Shown here piece after piece: positions 1 to 8,472 of a stretch of DNA of 26,982 nucleotides. The first letter of the stretch is position 1, and every line of letters starts with the position of its first letter. The stretch is from positions 1 to 26,982 of IMG/VR virus record IMGVR_UViG_3300017754_001200; one strand, 5' to 3'. Origin of the DNA: a virus (Duplodnaviria; Caudoviricetes). The notes beneath the pieces are model-generated. The model did no database searches, was not told where the DNA came from, and saw only the letters and a program-made list of their open reading frames with translations. Made by a program: the position numbers and the translations under genes.

Positions 1-386
1 GTTCCAGGAGTATTACCTACTGATACTACAGCATTCTGAGGAGTACATGCATCTACATAGTAGAATTGATTAACATACTTAGGGTTAATGTACTTAGACT
101 TGTTAGTCTCTTGGTAACCACCAATGTAAGGGCTAATCTTATCTTTCTGATAAAGAGAAGATGATGCCAAAACAAGTGGGCAACAAGCTGCAACCGGAGT
201 CACATCAGGGTTAACACTCAAGTAAGTGTCTTTAGCAAAAAGACCAAAATATCCTGCACCAAGAGTAGCTAGTGTAGCTGTGCTTGTGCCAGGAGTTGTA
301 AGGTAGCCATCGCTGGTAGCTGGGGACATAAGGCTGGTGCCTGTTCCCATGAACACCTTTGTAAAGGCGTGGTTAAAATAAGCCAT
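1..386 (-). CDS. Virion structural protein (auxiliary capsid-like), 3' end outside the window
   Basis: Not in the ORF track. ATG at 386 reads MAYFNHAFTKVFMGTGTSLMSPATSDGYLTTPG...PYIGGYQETNKSKYINPKYV and stays open to the window edge. It has an A-rich leader and a TATATTA motif upstream. Function inferred from its position in a crAss-like structural block. Confidence 0.65.
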   Translation of the reverse strand, partial: MAYFNHAFTKVFMGTGTSLMSPATSDGYLTTPGTSTATLATLGAGYFGLFAKDTYLSVNPDVTPVAACCPLVLASSSLYQKDKISPYIGGYQETNKSKYINPKYVNQFYYVDACTPQNAVVSVGNTPG

Positions 387-422
387 TGTTTTTTTAGTTT
401 AGTTAGACAAACAGTTATTTAT

Positions 423-429
423 TAATATA
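423..429 (-). promoter_or_regulatory. Putative late-promoter core (TATATTA), partial copy
   Basis: Intergenic TAATATA on the + strand, about 37 nt upstream of the ATG at 386. Matches only the core of the motif at 8473, 22590 and 25235. Confidence 0.4.
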
Positions 430-453
430 GGTAATCCTGTTTAAATTACCAAA

Positions 454-897
454 TTATTTCAAGAAAATTAATTTGTACTTGGTTGAGTTAATAAGAGTTT
501 TGACATTGTCAAGCTCATTTTTAATCTCAGAATGAGGACAAGAATCTTGCACAGCTTGTACTTGATCATATAAACCTCTGAGGTAATTAACACAATCCTC
601 TGCTGTTTTCATCTGAGGTAACTCTACAGATGTAGGGTAAGAAAGTAGACTTTCTGTAAGACCCTGGTAAGCTTCAGCAATAGAATCAGCCAAATCTCCT
701 ACTTCATCATAGAAAGCACCCATAGCTGTATGAGCAGCATATGAACCTATTCCTGTTACAAGAAGGTGATTAAGATGAACTTTAGTTACTCCATTAAGCA
801 ATTCAAATACAAGCATTGCCATAGGTTGTACTGCTGGACCCTGAGTAGCCGGTGCTTTAAGGGTTCTTTTTAACATGTTTGGTGCTGGGAATTCCAT
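454..897 (-). CDS. Ferritin/Dps-like four-helix-bundle protein
   Basis: VHLNHLLVTG..SYAAHTAMGAFYDEVGDLADSIAEAYQG resembles the Dps H..H...Y......D.IAE iron-ligand pattern. The C-terminus ends NSTKYKLIFLK. Confidence 0.7.
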   Translation of the reverse strand: MEFPAPNMLKRTLKAPATQGPAVQPMAMLVFELLNGVTKVHLNHLLVTGIGSYAAHTAMGAFYDEVGDLADSIAEAYQGLTESLLSYPTSVELPQMKTAEDCVNYLRGLYDQVQAVQDSCPHSEIKNELDNVKTLINSTKYKLIFLK

Positions 898-903
898 AGT
901 TTA

Positions 904-1611
904 TTAGTTGTTTTGTTCTACTGAGTTACTTGCTCTTTCCATTTGAATTGTAGATTCAATATCCCCAGCCAAGATTTTAACTGCTTCATCTATAAGAACT
1001 TCAATTAAATCATCTTTGAATTCGCACTCTACATCTACAGTAGAAGCTACTTGAGTATATGGATCAACACAATTGGCTATTTGAATTTTCCTAGGTTGTC
1101 TATAATAAGTAAAAGTTACAGAATCAATTGTAAATTCACCATTAGTATAGATCTGCATTTTATTGTCCATGAAAGTAGCAAATGTTTCAGCCCAATCAAA
1201 ACTAGGTTTCTTATTTACATCTCTTAACAATATATCTGTATTTCCTTGTTCAGCAAGGTATACAACCATTGGTCTAGGAGAAGGACAACATTTATCTGAA
1301 GCTTTTGCAGAAATCCTTTTGTATCTAAGATAGTCTCCAGGAATAACTGTAGCTGTTTCATAGTAGGTATCTCCACTGATAAGATTTGGTACATACTCAG
1401 TAATCAATACCTGTAAGTCATCAATTCTACTAGTTGATGATTCATCACCTTCTTTGGGTAAATTAATACCATGAAGATTTCTACGGCACCAATCAGCTTG
1501 ACCCTTATTAAATGCCTCAACCATTTGCCAGCATTCTATGTTATCATAGTCATTACTAGCAAGCTTATTGAGTCTTTGCTTAATCTTAAGCTGTATGGTA
1601 GCGTTATTCAT
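904..1611 (-). CDS. Tail/neck ring protein (crAss-like head-tail adaptor)
   Basis: 235 aa with a helical N-terminus (KQRLNKLASNDYDN..FNKGQ), a Y-Y-R-Q-P motif and an acidic helical C-terminus (ELIEVLIDEAVKIL-type; actual DLIEVLIDEAVKIL). Lies downstream of the capsid gene. Confidence 0.6.
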   Translation of the reverse strand: MNNATIQLKIKQRLNKLASNDYDNIECWQMVEAFNKGQADWCRRNLHGINLPKEGDESSTSRIDDLQVLITEYVPNLISGDTYYETATVIPGDYLRYKRISAKASDKCCPSPRPMVVYLAEQGNTDILLRDVNKKPSFDWAETFATFMDNKMQIYTNGEFTIDSVTFTYYRQPRKIQIANCVDPYTQVASTVDVECEFKDDLIEVLIDEAVKILAGDIESTIQMERASNSVEQNN

Positions 1612-1814
1612 TACTTAACTTTTTTAAGTCTTGGATTTGCAGCTTTAGCTTTTGCTGAAGCTTTGCGGGTAGATGCAGCAAGAATAGCTCCTGCAGCTTT
1701 CTTAGATACTCCAGACTTCTTAGCAATCTGAGCTTGTACTGCTTTGAATCCAGGATGAGCTCCACCAGTTTTATACTTCATGGATCCTCCACATTTCATA
1801 CATTTTTTAGCCAT
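1611..1814 (-). CDS. Small Lys/Ala-rich basic protein (histone H1/protamine-like composition)
   Basis: 67 aa, 16 K + 2 R, no D/E. Contains MKCGG and YKTGG. Coupled to the ring gene by a TAATG overlap. Confidence 0.8.
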   Translation of the reverse strand: MAKKCMKCGGSMKYKTGGAHPGFKAVQAQIAKKSGVSKKAAGAILAASTRKASAKAKAANPRLKKVK

Positions 1815-1829
1815 TGTATTTAGATTTTA

Positions 1830-2114
1830 TTATTTACAATTCCATTTTTTAAGAGACTTGTTTATCCTACTATTAGGATCTTTAGCTGTAGCAGCGCTTG
1901 TATTTTTAGCTTTCATACCTTTCATTCTGCTACAAAATGACTTTCTTCTTTTAGCATCTTTGCTATCAGGATCAAGTTTTGAAGGTTTTGTAGTAACAGC
2001 AGTTTGCAATTTACTACCAGGATTTTCTCTTCTATAAGAAGCGACTCCTTTTCTATTAAGTCCCCCTGATTTAGACTTGCCCTCAGATCTTTGCCAAGCT
2101 GGTGTCTTTGCCAT
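1830..2114 (-). CDS. Small basic phage protein (AWQRxEGKxxxGGLN...RRKSFCxRM family)
   Basis: 94 aa and highly basic. Recognisable from memory as a widespread uncharacterised phage family (DUF6321-like; not verified). Confidence 0.8.
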   Translation of the reverse strand: MAKTPAWQRSEGKSKSGGLNRKGVASYRRENPGSKLQTAVTTKPSKLDPDSKDAKRRKSFCSRMKGMKAKNTSAATAKDPNSRINKSLKKWNCK

Positions 2115-2710
2115 TACTTTTTTCTTTTAATAGAGCCACCTTTTTTCATTTTAGAATGAGCCTTATTAGTTTTTGGATCATATCCAACTACTCCACTGTA
2201 TCTATCTCCTGCCGTAGTAGCTTGCCTTGTAGATTTAGATGGAGGAACTTTTTTTGATTTTACTGCTTGACCAAAGTAGTTGTACTCATATCCTGCAGGA
2301 AGATTATAACTACCTGATTTTTGAGGTTCTCCACCAACAGCTTTTTTAGGGGTAACTTCAACCTTTTTTTTAGGAGCACCTTGAGGTTTTCCTTTATTAC
2401 CTTTGAATTCAATTGTTTTTACAACTTTACCATAAGTAGTATCTGACTTTGGTTTAGCTGCACCTCCATCTTGATATTTTTTCATACCACCTTTTTTGAA
2501 AGCTGGAGCTGGATTACCTGACATATAAGATTTACCTGTTCCAGGATTAGCACCACCTGTACCATACTTAATATCATTATAGTTATTAACTACACCTGCT
2601 GTACCACCATCCATAAATTTTTTCTTAGTCTCCATGACTTTTTTAACTCTAGAGTCAAACTTATCATTGAAGTGCTTAAGGACATGTGGTTTTTTAGAAG
2701 TCTTTTTCAT
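2114..2710 (-). CDS. Basic low-complexity protein with six xxxGG motifs
   Basis: Start reassigned from 2767 (GTG) to ATG 2710 (MKKTSKKPH), 1 nt after the stop of 2712..2861, giving 198 aa. Motifs FMDGG, YGTGG, FKKGG, YQDGG, KAVGG, MKKGG. Confidence 0.75.
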   Translation of the reverse strand: MKKTSKKPHVLKHFNDKFDSRVKKVMETKKKFMDGGTAGVVNNYNDIKYGTGGANPGTGKSYMSGNPAPAFKKGGMKKYQDGGAAKPKSDTTYGKVVKTIEFKGNKGKPQGAPKKKVEVTPKKAVGGEPQKSGSYNLPAGYEYNYFGQAVKSKKVPPSKSTRQATTAGDRYSGVVGYDPKTNKAHSKMKKGGSIKRKK

Positions 2711-2711
2711 C

Positions 2712-2861
2712 TTATTTCTTTTTAGCTGTCTTTGCAGACTTAATAAAATCTTGTTTGCTTGGAGCACCAGGTGCCCCGGGTTTCCTCATGGATTCCCCGG
2801 AGCCCTTTTTGATGCGTGCTCTTTTAGCATGGATATTAGCATATAAGCCTTTCTTAGCCAT
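2712..2861 (-). CDS. 49-aa basic protein (GLYANIHAKR family), missed by the ORF track
   Basis: Reads MAKKGLYANIHAKRARIKKGSGESMRKPGAPGAPSKQDFIKSAKTAKKK* and fills the gap between neighbours with 1-2 nt spacing. Confidence 0.85.
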   Translation of the reverse strand: MAKKGLYANIHAKRARIKKGSGESMRKPGAPGAPSKQDFIKSAKTAKKK

Positions 2862-2863
2862 GA

Positions 2864-3187
2864 CTACTTCTTTTTAGACTTAACCATTCCTCCTGTTTTC
2901 TTTACTCCAAGTTTACTTGCAGTTTTAAATCCAGATTTTATTTTTGGAATTGGAAAACCATTTTTATCATATCCTGCTTTTCCTTTATTAGCTTGCCTAG
3001 CTTTATTTTCATTAGCTTTAGCTTCAGCTTTTACGGCTTTAGAATATGCAGCTCTATTTCCAAAATTAGCAGCAAAATCTTGATCAGAAGTTGCTTGCAT
3101 TGCTTTATTCCTATAATAGGAAGTGCTATCTGGAGTAGATTTTACAGTTGTACCTTTTTGTGCTTTTTTAAGCATCTTCTTAGCCAT
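2864..3187 (-). CDS. Small basic protein
   Basis: 107 aa, MAKKMLKKAQKG...KKTGGMVKSKKK. Tightly packed in the basic-gene array; TAG stop. Confidence 0.8.
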   Translation of the reverse strand: MAKKMLKKAQKGTTVKSTPDSTSYYRNKAMQATSDQDFAANFGNRAAYSKAVKAEAKANENKARQANKGKAGYDKNGFPIPKIKSGFKTASKLGVKKTGGMVKSKKK

Positions 3188-3189
3188 GG

Positions 3190-3618
3190 TTACTTTTTTT
3201 TAGAATTAGTAGATCCACCCATTTTTTTACTAGTACTTTTTTTAGCAGATGTTCCAGCTTTGTTTAGAACTGTAGGAGCTCCCTTTAGTTTTTCTCCTGT
3301 ATAAGGATTGCGAGTTGCTCCTTCTGGAATTAAATTTCCAGACTTCTTGTACGAAGGAGCTCCTGAATATTCACTAACAGATTGAATCTTAGATCCAGGT
3401 TTTCTATATTGATCTTTAGTACGAGGAGCAGAACCTCCAGTTTGATACTTTTTAGTAGATCCACCTTTTTTCATAAGTCCACGGTTAGCTGCAATACCAG
3501 TTTGATTTTTAGTTATGCCACCTGTAGCCATTTTTTTCATAGTAGAGCCACCTTTTTTATAAAGACCTCTATTAGCATTATCAGCAGAAGCTTTGCTTTT
3601 AGAAAATTTAGTTGTCAT
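3190..3618 (-). CDS. Basic protein with an internal duplication and five xxxGG motifs
   Basis: 142 aa. Motifs YKKGG, MATGG, MKKGG, YQTGG, KKMGG. Confidence 0.8.
   Translation of the reverse strand: MTTKFSKSKASADNANRGLYKKGGSTMKKMATGGITKNQTGIAANRGLMKKGGSTKKYQTGGSAPRTKDQYRKPGSKIQSVSEYSGAPSYKKSGNLIPEGATRNPYTGEKLKGAPTVLNKAGTSAKKSTSKKMGGSTNSKKK
3433..3576 (-). repeat. Intragenic peptide duplication ANRGL(Y/M)KKGGST(M)KK(MA/YQ)TGG
   Basis: Copies at 3517-3576 (ANRGLYKKGGSTMKKMATGG) and 3433-3489 (ANRGLMKKGGSTKKYQTGG). Confidence 0.85.
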
Positions 3619-3642
3619 TGTTATTTAGTATTAAGAGATTAA

Positions 3643-3873
3643 TTAACTTTTTGGATTAGCACCTTTTGGTGGAGTATTAACTCCGCCCGATTTTTTTGCT
3701 CTAGAAGGTGTACCTTTTCCAGCTACTTTTTTAGAAGACATAACACTTCCCATGTTAGCTCCTCCAGATCCTTTAGATCCTGGTTTAGCAGATTTAACTC
3801 CTTTAAAAGTCATGATCTTACTTGAATTAGGATTGGTTTTTCCACCAACTCCTTTTGCTCCTGAATTTTTCAT
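3643..3873 (-). CDS. Small Lys/Gly/Ser-rich basic protein
   Basis: 76 aa, 15 K + 1 R, no D/E. First gene of the basic array. Confidence 0.75.
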   Translation of the reverse strand: MKNSGAKGVGGKTNPNSSKIMTFKGVKSAKPGSKGSGGANMGSVMSSKKVAGKGTPSRAKKSGGVNTPPKGANPKS

Positions 3874-3895
3874 TTTTTATATAATGTTTATAGGT

Positions 3896-4909
3896 TTACT
3901 GATTCCAGAATTTTTCAACCGCTTTGGTTAGTGTTATTAATATACTCTCATTTAATGGATTTCGCAAGAATTCTACGCAATCAGATGGATTTCTTCCCAT
4001 CATTACAGAGGATTCAATGTGATAGATAAAGCCATCAGGTTTAGTAGCAATCATCTTATAGAAGGTTGCATCTCTGATAATAGCTTTCAATTTGAGAGAT
4101 TCCATATCTAAAGCAACTGCATCAAGGAAGCTTGTAGCTGCTCTCTTAAGATTAGCTTCTACACCTTCTCCATTGATGTATCTATCCATATTGTCATAAA
4201 CAATATCATTAGGAGTTGACTTCTTATATTGAACACTGTTTGCATCAACAACTTTAGCAACATACAAGAGTTTGTTTGTGTTCTTGTCATATAGCTTTTG
4301 AAGTTCAGCAAGTGCTTTGTTTTTAAGCTTCTTAACTTCTGTTTTAGTAGATACAGTATCAATAGTTTTATCTAAGTAAAACTTAGGCGCTACTGCTCTT
4401 GATCTTGCATCTTCATAGCTTCTTGCTACAATAGAAAATCCACCAGCTTCAATACCATACAATTTAATAAGATCATAAGGATCTTTAGCTGGATCTAAGA
4501 ATAAAGGTTGATTACCACAACGGATTGTGATTCTATTCCAGAACTCATCATTATCTGGTTTAAGAAGTTTAACCTTATTCCAAAACTCTGGATCTTCTTC
4601 ATTGATAATGTTAGCAGCAAGCTCAGCTTCAAGTCTTGCTACTACTGATCTAATTTCTTTAATCTTTGCTTCTCTTACATCTGGATCATTGATCTTTTTT
4701 ACATCCGGTGCAAATTCATTAAGACCTGTGATATAACGCTTGATACCATTTTGTTCAAGACATGCAAGTTGTTCTTCATGGAAGACCCCATCAAATAAAG
4801 ACAGTCCATATTTCTCTAAACCTAGATTTGAAATTTCAGGATCAAAATAAGGTTTAATGGAAATATTTCCTGCCTTTACTGTGGGTAATTCAACGATTGT
4901 GTAACTCAT
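3896..4909 (-). CDS. Conserved crAss-like virion/morphogenesis protein downstream of the major capsid gene
   Basis: 337 aa (RYITGLNEFAP..V, FWN.I.I motifs). Positional equivalent of the conserved post-MCP gene of crAss-like phages; function unknown. Confidence 0.6.
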   Translation of the reverse strand: MSYTIVELPTVKAGNISIKPYFDPEISNLGLEKYGLSLFDGVFHEEQLACLEQNGIKRYITGLNEFAPDVKKINDPDVREAKIKEIRSVVARLEAELAANIINEEDPEFWNKVKLLKPDNDEFWNRITIRCGNQPLFLDPAKDPYDLIKLYGIEAGGFSIVARSYEDARSRAVAPKFYLDKTIDTVSTKTEVKKLKNKALAELQKLYDKNTNKLLYVAKVVDANSVQYKKSTPNDIVYDNMDRYINGEGVEANLKRAATSFLDAVALDMESLKLKAIIRDATFYKMIATKPDGFIYHIESSVMMGRNPSDCVEFLRNPLNESILITLTKAVEKFWNQ

Positions 4910-4961
4910 TTTGGTTTTGGTTTTGGTTTTTAAAAAGTATTTGAATAGTCAAATATAAAAA

Positions 4962-5456
4962 TTACTGGGCAATATTCTTAACCTCGTAAAAAATATAGAA
5001 TGTACCACTCCACTGACCTGCACCTGCTACTGCGGGACTAGCATTGTAAATAGCAAGATCTACTTGGTTTGTCAAAGCTCCAGTTACAAGAATGTAAGGG
5101 ATAGCTCTATCAACAACAGCTTGAATGTAGTAAGGAGTAATTTGAACATAGTTATCATCTGCATTAGTAGAAATATCTGCGTTGTAGATATGTAATCCTA
5201 CCGATGTTACAAATGAAGGAGCTGGTATAGTAGCCACACCATCAAAATTTTGAATTTCAATGATACCTTTGCTAGTTGTTACAGGGACAGTCAATGTAGA
5301 TGAAGCATCTACTGTATAGAACCCATAATCACTAACATCGCCTACTACCTCATTAAGGTGAGCAAAGCGAGGAAGTGCTGCTTCTTTAATCTGATGTGAA
5401 GCAATAATAGGATCCGGAGATGCAGGGAAAAGTTTCTGAAGAAGTTTAATAGCCAT
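4962..5456 (-). CDS. Putative capsid-associated (decoration/fibre) protein
   Basis: 164 aa with an N-terminal SPDP...RFAHLNEVV segment followed by a beta-rich domain. Directly follows the MCP. Confidence 0.5.
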   Translation of the reverse strand: MAIKLLQKLFPASPDPIIASHQIKEAALPRFAHLNEVVGDVSDYGFYTVDASSTLTVPVTTSKGIIEIQNFDGVATIPAPSFVTSVGLHIYNADISTNADDNYVQITPYYIQAVVDRAIPYILVTGALTNQVDLAIYNASPAVAGAGQWSGTFYIFYEVKNIAQ

Positions 5457-5485
5457 TTTATTTAAAAGTTTAAGGGTTGTTTATT

Positions 5486-5515
5486 AAAAAAGGGAGGAGT
5501 TTCCCCCTCCCTTTT
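5486..5515 (-). terminator. Intrinsic terminator after the major capsid gene
   Basis: Minus strand reads GGGAGGGG-GAAA-CTCCTCCC-TTTTTT, about 20 nt after the MCP stop. A/T tracts on both sides allow bidirectional use. Confidence 0.9.
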
Positions 5516-5534
5516 CTTTTTAGGTAATTCTCAA

Positions 5535-7160
5535 TTAGAATGATCCACCAGTGATTGGGTTTCTCATAACAATTTTCAACACTTTGGTTGGGTCTTTTAC
5601 CCAGATTGCTGGCATTGTTTGAGTCATCATTACACGGTATCCATTGAATTGACCAGAAGACTGGAAGCCTTGTGTACGGCCCATGTAATCCATAGTACCA
5701 TTCTGATACCACCACTTCAATTGATTATCCCAAGAAAGCTTCAACATGAAGATGTTGTCATTTCCAGTATCAGTGATATCAAAGATAACAAAGCTGTAAG
5801 ATGACAATGGGTTACCATCAATGATTGGGTTTTCAATGTCATTTGTATGCAAGTTATCAAATGCAGGGTTAAGTACAAACTTAACATTAGCAAGGAATGG
5901 GATCACATAGCTAGTGAATGCGAATCCATAGTTAAGATCCATTCCTTTACCAGTGATTGCACCAATACCATTGTTGTCTGCAGCTTGGATAACAAGACCT
6001 GAGTTAACAGCTTCACGCTTGATAGCTTCATTAACCATGCGCATACCACCCATACCTGTTTGAACAATAAGTTGTCTCTTAGGATCTGGACCCTGGAATT
6101 CAACACGACCAGCATAGAAGTTGTAAAGCTCTCCGCGGAACAATTCAAGAGAGAAGTTGTTCTTGTTGTAAACACGCTTGAAAGAGTTATCAAGTTGCTT
6201 CCAAAGACCCACAGAAAGACGCATATCATCTGGACCATCTTGCTTAATGCGACCACCATGTCCCCACATCAAGTAGGTTTCAATGTCAGTAGCAATTTTA
6301 GTCAAGTGAGCAGATTCCATAGTAGTCAAGAATGTGCGAGTAAGTGTACCATTAGATACAGCTTTTTTCACATAGTCTTTACCCATTACAGAAACCATGT
6401 CCTCAATCTTAGCAATTGAAGGATCCATGTTTTTATCAAAGTTTCTCCAGATCTCAGTTACAGGAACTGTACCATCAGCATTCAAACCACCTTTAACCAT
6501 AAGGTCAGCTCTAGAAGATACTGAGTAGTGTACGTGTGCTTCAGCTCCTCCTACAAAGTTGTAGAATTCACGGAAACCTGAGCGAGTCATGATATCAGAG
6601 AATCTCTCACCATACTCACCACGCGCAGAACCTTTACGGAAGATCTTAGTACCATTTGACAAATACTTGTTATCTAGGAACTTGTAGTTGTCATTGTTTA
6701 CCAATTGTACAGTGTAGATGAAACCATCTCCCATAGGAAGAATATCATCAGCAGTGATGTACATTTCACAACCGTTGTACTTATCATAAGTGATGATATC
6801 ACCATGACCAAATTCTCTACGGTTAATTTTGATTTTGAAAGTAGTACCATCAATACCTTTGTTAGCATTGTTTGGTTCAATGTCCTCAATGATATAAGGA
6901 AGATCCTGAGAAACAGGAGTCTGCCATTTATACTCACCACGAGCATTATCTACATTGATGATGTTTTTACCACCAAAGCTAGAAAGCTGGTAAAGAGGCA
7001 TTTCTACTTTCTGAGCCATAGCCCAGATATCTACTGGACCTAGATCCATTGGTTCTGCATTCTTAAGCATATTCACCAAGTGGTAAGAATCCACATGAGA
7101 ACTAGCTTGATAATTGGTATCGCGCAGGAAGATACCATTATTTAAAACTGGAGTTGCCAT
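5535..7160 (-). CDS. Major capsid protein (crAss-like, HK97 fold expected)
   Basis: 541 aa in TerL-portal-scaffold-MCP order, followed by a strong terminator. Motifs resemble crAss-like MCPs (GEYGERFS, YLMWGHGG, GLWKQL, VQTGMGG, VKFVLNPAFD, KDPTKVLKI). Confidence 0.88.
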   Translation of the reverse strand: MATPVLNNGIFLRDTNYQASSHVDSYHLVNMLKNAEPMDLGPVDIWAMAQKVEMPLYQLSSFGGKNIINVDNARGEYKWQTPVSQDLPYIIEDIEPNNANKGIDGTTFKIKINRREFGHGDIITYDKYNGCEMYITADDILPMGDGFIYTVQLVNNDNYKFLDNKYLSNGTKIFRKGSARGEYGERFSDIMTRSGFREFYNFVGGAEAHVHYSVSSRADLMVKGGLNADGTVPVTEIWRNFDKNMDPSIAKIEDMVSVMGKDYVKKAVSNGTLTRTFLTTMESAHLTKIATDIETYLMWGHGGRIKQDGPDDMRLSVGLWKQLDNSFKRVYNKNNFSLELFRGELYNFYAGRVEFQGPDPKRQLIVQTGMGGMRMVNEAIKREAVNSGLVIQAADNNGIGAITGKGMDLNYGFAFTSYVIPFLANVKFVLNPAFDNLHTNDIENPIIDGNPLSSYSFVIFDITDTGNDNIFMLKLSWDNQLKWWYQNGTMDYMGRTQGFQSSGQFNGYRVMMTQTMPAIWVKDPTKVLKIVMRNPITGGSF

Positions 7161-7196
7161 TTGTTTTAATTTAGGTTAATTGTTAATTGTTGTTGT

Positions 7197-8438
7197 TTAT
7201 CGTTTGAAAAAACTTCCTTGTGATCTCTGTAGTTTTTGAGCTGATGGTTTTCTTGGTTCATCTTGCTCATCTGTTACAGAGGATACATTTTTACTTGCTT
7301 GTTCTGTTTTGAGTTGTCTTACTGTTTTAGCTACTGTGTCTTTAACAGCGACTTCTCTTACTTTTGATTTATAACCTTCAGGATCTGCAAGAAGCCAAAG
7401 TGCTTCAGCAATTAGATCATGTCTAGGTTCTACATATTGATACTTCTCAAGAAGGTGACCTAGCATATTAGTAGGTCTTCCGCTTACTGATGGATAGTTA
7501 GGTTGTACAAGACCGGTATAAAGCATGCTTTGTACTTTCTTATCTACCTTAAGTCCATTGAGTTCTCCTGGAGAAAGTGTATTGTATACATTCTCCATGT
7601 AAGCTTGAGCTTGAGCTTGTTGTTGGTTACGCAGTTTTTCTTGTTGAGCAAGTTTTTGCTGAACTACCTTTTCTTGCATAGCATCCAACTTTGGCTTAAA
7701 CTTATTAGCCTTAGACTCAAGATCTCCTCTATCTTTCCAAGCTTCAATTTCTTCTTCAATTTCTTCAACTGTACCAAAGTTTGTTGCTTGAAGATAAGAT
7801 CTTACAATTGTTTCTTGACCATCTTCGCTAGAAGTATCTAGTTGTCTAGTTTCTTCTACTTGAGCAAGAATTTTAAAGAGACCTCTAAGATCTTGACCTC
7901 CATCTGCTACATATTTAGCAGCATACTGAAGTTCTTCAGGTAAAGCATCAAAGAACTCTACAGGAGTTTGTTCTCTGAGCTTACGCTCACGCTCTTGCAT
8001 GTTAGCTTCAAAAAGCTCTTCAAAGTCTTGACTGGTATACTTTTCAACTGGTTTATCATCATCAAAAGGAATAAGTTGTCCTTTTTCAATGAGCTTTTTA
8101 GCCAACTCAATCATAGCATCTTTAGCTACTTTTGGTCTACCAGTAGTCTTAGATTCCTCATCTTCAGACTCTTCTATACCCATGTCCGCTTTTACAATCT
8201 CATCAAGAGCTTTAGAAACTACTTCAGGAGCTGGAGTTTTACCCGCTTCTGGAGTATCTTCATCATCATTGTCAAGGAACGAAGTATCTACACTTTGTTG
8301 TGTAAATAGTGTTGGTTTCTTTTCTTCTGCTGCAGGAAGCATTACATTCTCTGCACCGGGTGAACCTAGAATATTATCTAGGTCCATTTCTACCTCTTGT
8401 ACAGTGGTAGTTGCTGTGTTGGTTTTGGTATCAGACAT
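7197..8438 (-). CDS. Scaffold-like acidic/coiled-coil protein
   Basis: 413 aa with an acidic disordered N-terminus, a Q/E-rich coiled coil and a basic tail. Lies between portal and MCP. Confidence 0.65.
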   Translation of the reverse strand: MSDTKTNTATTTVQEVEMDLDNILGSPGAENVMLPAAEEKKPTLFTQQSVDTSFLDNDDEDTPEAGKTPAPEVVSKALDEIVKADMGIEESEDEESKTTGRPKVAKDAMIELAKKLIEKGQLIPFDDDKPVEKYTSQDFEELFEANMQERERKLREQTPVEFFDALPEELQYAAKYVADGGQDLRGLFKILAQVEETRQLDTSSEDGQETIVRSYLQATNFGTVEEIEEEIEAWKDRGDLESKANKFKPKLDAMQEKVVQQKLAQQEKLRNQQQAQAQAYMENVYNTLSPGELNGLKVDKKVQSMLYTGLVQPNYPSVSGRPTNMLGHLLEKYQYVEPRHDLIAEALWLLADPEGYKSKVREVAVKDTVAKTVRQLKTEQASKNVSSVTDEQDEPRKPSAQKLQRSQGSFFKR

Positions 8439-8472
8439 ATTGTTGGTTTTGTGTTACTCTCTAATACTTATT

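Noticed and set aside
430-450. Inverted repeat GGTAAT...ATTACC
   Set aside because: A 6-bp AT-rich stem with no convincing U-tract; could be chance.
2711-2767. Track start at 2767 for the 217-aa ORF
   Set aside because: It overlaps the 49-aa gene; ATG 2710 gives normal operon spacing.
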